The notes under the pieces: model-generated
What the model was told of the DNA's origin: nothing
The model's input: the letters and a program-made list of their open reading frames with translations, nothing else
The model's database searches: none
Made by a program: the position numbers and the translations under genes
Assembly: GCA_965644495.1 (NCBI GenBank)
Contig: CBFFSA010000008.1
Span: 186,001 to 250,000 of the forward strand
DNA from: Perkinsela sp. CCAP 1560/9
Taxonomy: Eukaryota > Protista > Euglenozoa: Kinetoplastea
Direction of reading: 5' to 3'
Length of the DNA: 64,000 bases
Shown: positions 56,701-64,000 of the stretch, one piece after another
Position numbering within the stretch: the first letter of the stretch is position 1
Layout: each line of letters begins with the position of its first letter

Positions 56701-59700
56701 TAGCAGAAATCTTATGCACAGTTATATCAAAGCATATGACACACATTATCAGGAGTTTCATACCTTGGCGGATCGGCACTTTTTTGAATATGATCTGATG
56801 TATCAGTGCATCCAATGAAGCATGAGCAATATTCTTTTCATGCCCTTGCCTAAGTTGTAGATACAGCCGAAATACATAAGGAGCAAACCTCGCGCAAGAC
56901 ATGGATGTAATTAGTGCACCACAATTTTCGATTGTTATTGTTGGTCTCTTGGACAAAAACATGGATAGTAAGTGAGCCTTTTCTTTTTGATGATTTGGCG
57001 AATATTGATCCAGAACAGATAAGGCGTGCAATACGCAAGTTATGTCGTGCGAGGGTACAGATGAATAATTGTATGCCATAATGCCAAGAGCAGCTTCCCA
57101 CTGTGTAGAGAGAACCGATAGTGCTAATCGAAATACTTTTACAGAAATGCGAAATCGTGAAAGGACGGTGGGGTATGAAGGATGCTCGTAAACGAGCTTA
57201 AAAGTCCACAGAGCTATTTCCCAAGCACCCAGTTTTTTAGCCTGCAAAATAAAACTTTCAAAGTTGCAACGAATCCAATCCATTACATCTTTCCTCGCAC
57301 AGAAACAACTAAGACGGTTTCGCAATTTATCAGTAATTTCGGATGCGCTGAAAAAAGAAATACATGTAGTTGTGTCATGTACTGCGGAATTCCTCCTTTT
57401 ACCGTCACAAATATAAGTACTAGACTCTTCAATGGCTACCCGATGCGCAATACAGTGTCCACTAAGAGCAGATTGCAAAACAACGTCGGCTTCACTAGAA
57501 GACAAAGGGTCCTGCAGCCACTTCCAAAGGAGACTCGGCAAAGCGGGTGATGAGAATTTTGCGTAACCGATTTTTATTAAAAGCGCTTCCCGAATTGCTG
57601 GAGTCGCATTTTCAGTGATTAGGTGAAGAACTGCGTCTTGTTTCTCGGGAACTAAAAATAGAAAGTGAGGTACAAGAGTGGACAAACATGAGTCTATTTC
57701 GGAAATATTTCGTCTTATAGCTAATGGAAACCGGTTAACTACGTCACCTAGTATAAATGCTAGCTCATGCGAAGAACTAGACTGTATTTTTTCAGCCATG
57801 CTTCGCAACAAAATTCTTAGCACCGACTGAGCTTCTAGCGTACTACTATTGCTTATATTCCACATTAGATATAGTGTGTGCAATTGTTTTAGAGAAAACA
57901 CACGATTTCCGTGCCTCAATAGCTTTGTAAAGATATTCGCTGGTATTTCTCGTAAGAATAAAGTGGAGAGCAAATAGGCTTCATGATATGCTCCAATCTC
58001 AAGTATGCTATCCACCTGTTTAATGACGGAATTCTCGAACTCGATTCGTAAAAGTTCAGTATCGCTTTGAGCATCAGTGACATTGCTGTCTAGGGCATCT
58101 AAAAATCGAGTTTTTTCGCAAGTTGATTCGTTCCACTGTAGTGCCGTACCGGAGGAGTATGACAGAGCACGGAATACGACTAAAGCTGATACCCAGTCCT
58201 GAGTTTTGGATGCAATATTGCTCTGATCCACAATAGTAGATTTGAGGTTGTCACTATAACGAAGTCTAGCCTTCTTATCGTACAAATTATGTAATCGAGC
58301 CCTTGTTTGCCTTTCGCCAACATCATTTTCCCATATTTTCATTAAGGGCATAAAATATTCATGTATCGGCAGGTCATTAGGATTCCGTTTTCCCAACATC
58401 CATAGTGCTTCTCCAAAAGAGAAGCACAGTGCGTGCGCAATTAAGAGTTTCTTTAGAGGAGTGTTGTTGTCTAGGCGCTCGAGACATTCATGGAGATAAA
58501 AATAGAACCTGTTTCTGTCAAGAAGAGGAAGAACCGCAGCAACAACGGATGGGCACTCACGTATGGCCAAGCTACTGCCAAAATAAAGCTTTAAGGCTTG
58601 TAACCAAGCATTCTCTGCCCGTAACGTACCGATACGAGTTTCTATGTTACTGCGCATGACATTAAGCTGACTGTCATACTGTAGTACGCAACGGGCGGCC
58701 AATTTGTAAAGAAAATTCAATTTATTTGCTATTTGTGCATCACATCTTATGTATTCTGCGCTTTCAGTGCGTATTATATCGTGCCTTGCTATGTGTGCAT
58801 GACACAACTCGATTAGGGAATAGTAAGAATCAGTTCGCATTTCGTAAGCACATACAAGAGATTCTTTTGCGAACCAGCAAACGAAGTATATACTATCTGG
58901 CACCGTTCCGGATAATAGAAGAAGCGTGTCGAATACTAGTAGGAGATAATGTCGTGTCTGAACACTTGTAGATAATTTGTACAGCTTCGTAGCTTCAAGC
59001 CAGGATAGATTCGCGAGGTATGAACTACTTCTGGCGTGATTTTTCATCTGGGGTATAATATAGCTCATGCAGCTTTCCACATAGCTTATCATGTGCTCAG
59101 TCTCACAACGTCCTTTTTGTATTTCACGCATAGCAAGTTGCAAAGCGTTTGTCCAGAGAGAATTCCTATGATAACTCCTTATAAGAACACTGCTGTGCAT
59201 AAAATTTGGATCTATGATAGTTCGATATAATTTCAAAGTAACATTCCACGGAGCATCCACGAATCGTTGATCAAACATCTCGTACAATATTCTCAGAGGG
59301 AACGCTTGAGCTATGGTATCCTTTGATTGCTGCCATGAGTGTCCGTGCATCCTGCCCCATAAATGTGTAGACGTCGAACTCTCCAGACCTTGAAGTGAAC
59401 TACAAGCGCGATACACAATGCCAAGAAAAAACAATGATGTCATCCAAGATGCAGATTGGAAATGTGACTGCGAATACTTTAAAGCTTCGTTCACCCTCCT
59501 CGAACATATCCACAAAACCGCTATCGTTGGAGGACGTCTGGTAAAGTCTATCCGACATAGGACATTTGATGAGATGCTCAAAGCCCTCTGCCAAGGATGT
59601 TCGTGAGACAGAATATAAGCCAGCAAGACAAGCGTACCTGAGGAAAAGGTTCCTCGACGAGGCATACCCGACAAGCATTTCTCCCATGAAAGATTTGATC

Positions 59701-59884
59701 CGAGAATCCGGTTTCGAACAGAAAAATCATCGAGATTAAATAACTCCGAGTAATTGTTTGTGTCACTTGGTCTTAAAGACCCATTTTGACCCAATGCAGA
59801 TATGTTACGATTTTGCGAATAATGTACATCGAGATTATGTAAGCCAATGTTGTGTTTGTATCTCTGCAAGCATTGTTTCCACAT
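53759..59884 (-). CDS. Large alpha-helical repeat protein (WxxAL, PPR-like)
   Basis: 2041 aa with many WxxA[LT]-type motifs (WQRAL, WTNAL, WLQAL, WVSAL, WEIAL, WEAAL, WQDAL, WMCAL). Confidence 0.7.
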   Translation of the reverse strand: MWKQCLQRYKHNIGLHNLDVHYSQNRNISALGQNGSLRPSDTNNYSELFNLDDFSVRNRILGSNLSWEKCLSGMPRRGTFSSGTLVLLAYILSHEHPWQRALSISSNVLCRIDFTRRPPTIAVLWICSRRVNEALKYSQSHFQSASWMTSLFFLGIVYRACSSLQGLESSTSTHLWGRMHGHSWQQSKDTIAQAFPLRILYEMFDQRFVDAPWNVTLKLYRTIIDPNFMHSSVLIRSYHRNSLWTNALQLAMREIQKGRCETEHMISYVESCMSYIIPQMKNHARSSSYLANLSWLEATKLYKLSTSVQTRHYLLLVFDTLLLLSGTVPDSIYFVCWFAKESLVCAYEMRTDSYYSLIELCHAHIARHDIIRTESAEYIRCDAQIANKLNFLYKLAARCVLQYDSQLNVMRSNIETRIGTLRAENAWLQALKLYFGSSLAIRECPSVVAAVLPLLDRNRFYFYLHECLERLDNNTPLKKLLIAHALCFSFGEALWMLGKRNPNDLPIHEYFMPLMKIWENDVGERQTRARLHNLYDKKARLRYSDNLKSTIVDQSNIASKTQDWVSALVVFRALSYSSGTALQWNESTCEKTRFLDALDSNVTDAQSDTELLRIEFENSVIKQVDSILEIGAYHEAYLLSTLFLREIPANIFTKLLRHGNRVFSLKQLHTLYLMWNISNSSTLEAQSVLRILLRSMAEKIQSSSSHELAFILGDVVNRFPLAIRRNISEIDSCLSTLVPHFLFLVPEKQDAVLHLITENATPAIREALLIKIGYAKFSSPALPSLLWKWLQDPLSSSEADVVLQSALSGHCIAHRVAIEESSTYICDGKRRNSAVHDTTTCISFFSASEITDKLRNRLSCFCARKDVMDWIRCNFESFILQAKKLGAWEIALWTFKLVYEHPSYPTVLSRFRISVKVFRLALSVLSTQWEAALGIMAYNYSSVPSHDITCVLHALSVLDQYSPNHQKEKAHLLSMFLSKRPTITIENCGALITSMSCARFAPYVFRLYLQLRQGHEKNIAHASLDALIHQIIFKKVPIRQGMKLLIMCVICFDITVHKISANEAQLIPSWLRKVQQKDLVSLKKECQRSANELAELESSFLSHCLSEIISVTMNPLDCLLDFVAFGIIPEVHDYENLYNRGFLKSGSQLPNAGQKEAAQPVKEVLRTALLYHRLRRSTWRACLDFNIPLPPLSVCDSPEHRKLKQHLEARNWKFIVDQTEQLVLGSSSSANIVIMAHKLSSCERAIMGYLREVVMILLDHKEITLCIKLCITAINFSSDQRLVACSLRTICGRGDCDLPGTSSLLLTALSMLFLRKSELENAEGRFDFSLNLTYSALNLAFFDLLSRNSECLLRNYEILKTVDVPWGSIPSDTIEKYFSVLKQAKKEKQQILVSTALPYGLLCKGVKVYASAKRMLHESLREILRCNISWKEAASLITTNYFPAPLDVLLERLMLSRVLVDTPHGSACFMWQDALTLVNTHAPGESDLLNDLWGSAYFCGAPWKIILSSFLSLSISRRSLKKWCQVLVNVSINRPGLIQHTFQIFAMDLSLQKRSRESNEVPRVGINCTDEIQADAQTELFYFHWSVGLQVLLKLPHPEKLLPTIAYSCLHSLMNSNKNKTVLALANWMHERVGKRFLTDHRVASLLRLCLHCRAPRISVDLSSKLIERSLDLKQEWWFSLQDIALQQDLLSTKKLSWRQCLNLLGRQETVRKEVKEALAAQLLTSISRISRDSWWIAVLLFAKNHSVVFENSSILLRWLNILTSSNWEYATRVMEHIKPLCSLGIRHRFLQLIMSQLLHTGKAQRALQIYEHYVDARGPQTDLMPVYMAAQEQSALLRALSHVNSATELCSLLSQTHWSWSESLRVLRSRKLVRLVDAKVVIVVLRKFHHGCVPALVKTFSALCHTFSSLMLSVFLLKQLKEIQIRAGTYAFWMCALTAAEFMLREKPALEESSAPMSLTGVSKTQAKVRNKIDIKLLASIVQLLLKNTEDWLSSLRIVKCLSATDTRLLLDTVESANMQNELPKHAHLLINSLSQIESR

Positions 59885-60189
59885 GCTGAGTACCTATTAT
59901 GTTCTCTCAGATGCCTCGATTCTCGGCATGTGTTTAATTTCCAAACTCGTCATTCAAGAAAAAGAAGCAACACGAATTCGCGATCAGACCTGTTGTCGAG
60001 CTAGTGCAAAATGTCCTTACGAGTACCCGCATTCAAGGCGCAGAGAAAACGCAGGGAGATGCATCCAATAAATGTACAAAGAAGTATCAGATCAATTATC
60101 GCCAACCATTTCATTGTATCAATTCGACATGTAGATTTGCAAACTATTTGTTCGCTGTAATTCTGTTGATAATATCAATAGTAAATGTT

Positions 60190-60594
60190 TTATCTCTTTT
60201 TGAAACAACCTGCCTCATACAAAATATAAATCATCACAACTAGTAATATGCAAAAACAAATGCCATATGCTATCATACGACTTTTCCCCAAGTTCTTTAG
60301 GGCGTAACGGACTTGAGAGCCCAAATTATCCACCGACTGCTGTGTGTGTGATATTTTTAGCGTAGAATCTTGCAGTGCACGTCCTTGTGTGTGTAGTTCA
60401 TCTTGAATTTGGCGCGCATTCTCATGGAGACGACCAACTCCAATTTCTATTCGATTTACAGCGCTATCTATAACGTCGTCTTGCTCTCGAAATTCTGAAA
60501 GAATATTTCTAGCTTCGAAGTGCTTAAAGGCAGACATTTGAGAAGGGCTCTTGAAATGAGATTCCGAATCAGGAGGTATGAATTCGCTTCTCAT
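60190..60594 (-). CDS. Qc-SNARE (syntaxin 6/8-like)
   Basis: Heptad SNARE motif with central Q (IQDELHTQGRAL) and a C-terminal TM anchor. Confidence 0.8.
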   Translation of the reverse strand: MRSEFIPPDSESHFKSPSQMSAFKHFEARNILSEFREQDDVIDSAVNRIEIGVGRLHENARQIQDELHTQGRALQDSTLKISHTQQSVDNLGSQVRYALKNLGKSRMIAYGICFCILLVVMIYILYEAGCFKKR

Positions 60595-60843
60595 TAAATT
60601 TTTTTATTTGCACTTTGAAGCAAATTTGATACATTTTACAGAAATCAAATATCGTTGAATCAAACTTATAATAATTACAATAATCTGTCATGAATAAATT
60701 TTCATGTGAGTGAGCCCAAATACCGACCTACAATATCCTTTAGCGAAACCGTATTATCTAATTACAGTACCCTTTAAAAAACCGTATTGTTACCCACAAA
60801 CTTCATCTAAAGAAATTTGCATCATCACATTTTATAGTAAAAT

Positions 60844-61644
60844 TTATACTATGACTGTAGAAGGGATAAAGCCTTCCACGTATTCGTCAATGTTATTTCC
60901 AAGTAAGTGTAATGAACGAAGATTGCGCGGAAGCTTTCGTAAATCCAAAACTCCTGAAAATCGGTTCTGAGCCAAACTTAGCTTCGTCATGCCTCGTGGC
61001 AAAGATGTCAACTCGGGACAAGAGGATAAATCATTTCCATCCAATAGCAGCAGTGTGAGTGTATCGGGGAGAGTACGTAAATCTACGCTTCCATGAAAGT
61101 TGTTGCGAGAGAGCTGAAGCATTAGAAGGAGAGGTGGTAAGGCCTCAAGAGCTAAAGTCCCACTGAAGCGATTCGCGGAAGCGTTCAGAAGCGATATGCT
61201 CTGCGGAAGATGCGACAGGTTGAGCGGCCCGTCCAAAACGTTGTCGTGTAGCCAGAGTTCAGAAAGCTTGGGGGGTAGTGTAGTGGTGTCCACAGAGCCC
61301 CGCAGTTGATGACGGTAGGGATGCTCCGCGTTCACCAGTAGAATGCGAAGTGTCCAGGGCAGATATTTCCAAACGAGGACGCCTGAGAGATTGTGCCCCT
61401 CTATCTTTATTACCACCTCTTCCGCATCACATATGACACCCATCCAAGAACACACAGCGGTGGAGGCAGACCATGAATCATGCTTGTTGTCAAGCTCCGC
61501 AAGAAGTTTTTCCATTTCTATTTGAGCCGGCAGCGTGGCACTCGAGATTTTCCCCACTCGTCGCCGTTTCTTCGGGTTGTAACTATCAGCAAAAAGAAAT
61601 CCAGAAGCTTGAAAAGTTGAAAACACCAAGATACCCGAAAACAT
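60844..61644 (-). CDS. Leucine-rich repeat protein
   Basis: CSWMGVIC LRRNT cap; LPxxLxxLxLxxNxFxGxxDL repeats. Confidence 0.9.
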   Translation of the reverse strand: MFSGILVFSTFQASGFLFADSYNPKKRRRVGKISSATLPAQIEMEKLLAELDNKHDSWSASTAVCSWMGVICDAEEVVIKIEGHNLSGVLVWKYLPWTLRILLVNAEHPYRHQLRGSVDTTTLPPKLSELWLHDNVLDGPLNLSHLPQSISLLNASANRFSGTLALEALPPLLLMLQLSRNNFHGSVDLRTLPDTLTLLLLDGNDLSSCPELTSLPRGMTKLSLAQNRFSGVLDLRKLPRNLRSLHLLGNNIDEYVEGFIPSTVIV

Positions 61645-61804
61645 TCAAAAAAAGAGAAGAAAACGTCTTCAAAAAATACCTTTTACTTTGTTTCTCGTCT
61701 CCTAACGTAACAGGTAAATAAATTTGTGAATGTCGTATACCTCCCTCTTTTGTTAGCCCTACTTTATCTCACTCCAACATTGTTCGTCCGGCTTTTCCGC
61801 TTCT

Positions 61805-62558
61805 TCAAATTGTACACAACTCTTTTGCAAGAAACCCCGCCGCCTGGCGCATCCATTCCGCCGGACGCACACTATTATGATCCCCCTCGACCCGTACCAA
61901 AGTACACTTCCCACCATAACCCCTTCTTACTTTCTCACTATGCTCCACTGGCACCAACCCATCTTCAGTACCATGCACCATCATGCACGCACACCCACAC
62001 TTCCTCGCATCCTCCGCCACATCCAACTCTCCGAGCTCCATCCCCGACCGCTCCCTCAACGCATCCCCCAGTCCTCTCACCACCGTATCCCCAACCACTC
62101 TCGGAACCCACCACGCCCCCAGTCCTGTACGCTCCAACACGAGTTGTTGTAACGAACAAAACACACTATCCAGGACCAACGCCCTCACGATCCCACCCCC
62201 TCCTTGCCCCCCCTCCCTCTCATCCCCCCCGTGCGGAGGACAGCCCCTCCCCTCCCCCCGTTCCCCCCCCCACCGGGCCGCGTACCTCACCGCGGTGGCT
62301 GCGCCCATACTCCGCCCCCACAGCCCGACCCGATCCACCCCTTGCGCCCGCACGTACCCCACCACCGTCCCCAGGTCCCCCGCCTCGTGGTACCCCAGCG
62401 TGACGAGGTCCCCCGTGCTGGCGCCGCAGCCCGCAAAGTCAAAGCAGAGGACCGTGAGGGGGTGGTGGGGGAGGAGGTGGGGGAGCAGCGCGGTGGCCTC
62501 GCGGCGGGACCCCGCGTTGCCGTGGCAGTAGATCACACAGGGGAGGGAGCGGAAGGGA
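61805..62558 (-). CDS. Alpha/beta hydrolase catalytic domain (5' part beyond the repeat / window end)
   Basis: PCVIYCHGNAG, FDFAGCG, GRSMGA nucleophile, HGTED, GDHN triad; very GC-rich. Confidence 0.88.
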
Positions 62559-62569
62559 GGGGGGGGGAG

Positions 62570-64000
62570 TGGTAGTAGTCGTCGTACTCGTGTTACGCGG
62601 GATGCTCGTAGTAGGGGTAGTACTCGTGTTACTCGGGATATTTGTAGTAGTAGTCGTACTCGTGTTACTCGGGATATTTGTAGTAGGGGTAGTACTCGTG
62701 TTACTCGGGATATTTGCAGTAGGGGTAGTAGTCGTGTTACTCGGGATATTTGCAGTAGGGGTAGTACTCGTGTTACTCGGGATATTTGCAGTAGGGGTAG
62801 TACTCGTGTTACTGGGGATATTTGCAGTAGGGGTAGTACTTGTGTTACTCGGGATATTTGTAGTAGGGGTAGTACTCGTGTTACTCGGGATATTTGTAGT
62901 AGGGGTAGTACTCGTGTTACTCGGGATATTTGTAGTAGGGGTAGTACTTGTGTTACTGGGGATATTTGTAGTAGGGGTAGTACTCGTGTTACTCGGGATA
63001 TTTGCAGTAGGGGTAGTACTCGTGTTACTGGGGATATTTGCAGTAGGGGTAGTACTTGTGTTACTCGGGATATTTGTAGTAGGGGTAGTACTCGTGTTAC
63101 TCGGGATATTTGTAGTAGGGGTAGTACTCGTGTTACTCGGGATATTTGCAGTAGGGGTAGTACTTGTGTTACTCGGGATATTTGTAGTAGTAGTCGTACT
63201 CGTGTTACTGGGGATATTTGCGGTAGTAGTCGCACTCGTGTTACTCGGGATATTTGCAGTAGGGGTAGTACTCGTGTTACTCGGGATATTTGCAGTAGGG
63301 GTAGTACTTGTGTTACTCGGGATATTTGCAGTAGGGGTAGTACTCGTGTTACTCGGGATATTTGCAGTAGGGGTAGTACTCGTGTTACTCGGGATATTTG
63401 CAGTAGGGGTAGTACTTGTGTTACTCGGGATATTTGTAGTAGTAGTCGTACTCGTGTTACTGGGGATATTTGCGGTAGTAGTCGCACTCGTGTTACTCGG
63501 GATATTTGCAGTAGGGGTAGTACTCGTGTTACTCGGGATATTTGCAGTAGGGGTAGTACTTGTGTTACTCGGGATATTTGCAGTAGGGGTAGTACTCGTG
63601 TTACTCGGGATATTTGCAGTAGGGGTAGTACTCGTGTTACTCGGGATATTTGCAGTAGGGGTAGTACTTGTGTTACTCGGGATATTTGCAGTAGGGGTAG
63701 TACTCGTGTTACTCGGGATATTTGCAGTAGGGGTAGTACTCGTGTTACTCGGGATATTTGCAGTAGGGGTAGTACTTGTGTTACTCGGGATATTTGTAGT
63801 AGTAGTCGTACTCGTGTTACTGGGGATATTTGCGGTAGTAGTCGCACTCGTGTTACTCGGGATATTTGCAGTAGGGGTAGTACTCGTGTTACTCGGGATA
63901 TTTGCAGTAGGGGTAGTACTCGTGTTACTCGGGATATTTGCAGTAGGGGTAGTACTCGTGTTACTCGGGATATTTGCAGTAGGGGTAGTACTCGTGTTAC
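62570..64000. repeat. 36-bp tandem repeat (~40 copies, runs off the window)
   Basis: Unit gtaggggtagtactcgtgttactcgggatatttgYa with recurring variants. Confidence 0.97.

Noticed and set aside
62570-64000. Telomeric repeat, or the (LLQISRVTRVLP)n reading
   Set aside because: The unit is 36 bp, not TTAGGG, and most variants favour the Thr-rich frame

Overview
Eukaryotic, intron-free, single-strand gene cluster. Every credible host CDS in 64 kb lies on the minus strand, and several have pyrimidine tract/AG signals upstream. This layout and the protein styles suggest a kinetoplastid-like (possibly Perkinsela/prokinetoplastid-like) protist with polycistronic transcription and trans-splicing; the taxon is an inference. 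Host genes: tandem SpoU methyltransferase, ATP23, UTP20, mitochondrial EF-P-like protein, PGM3/PAGM, mitochondrial EF-Tu, CNOT11-like protein, glutathione synthetase, DEAH helicase (Prp2/DHX16-like), MPP alpha, a large WxxAL-repeat protein, a Qc-SNARE, an LRR protein and an alpha/beta hydrolase. Intergenic DNA is packed with mobile elements: Tc1/mariner remnants, many TA-flanked MITEs, a foldback element, a tRNA-headed SINE-like insertion and a LINE fragment. The most notable feature is a ~5.7 kb tyrosine-recombinase retrotransposon (36648-42374). It has gag-YR-RT-RNaseH order, a WIDN catalytic motif, perfect 116-bp structured inverted terminal repeats, and a 9-bp direct repeat that predicts an att-like circle junction. 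It abuts a TIR element carrying an array of ~17 covarying cUUCGg hairpins.
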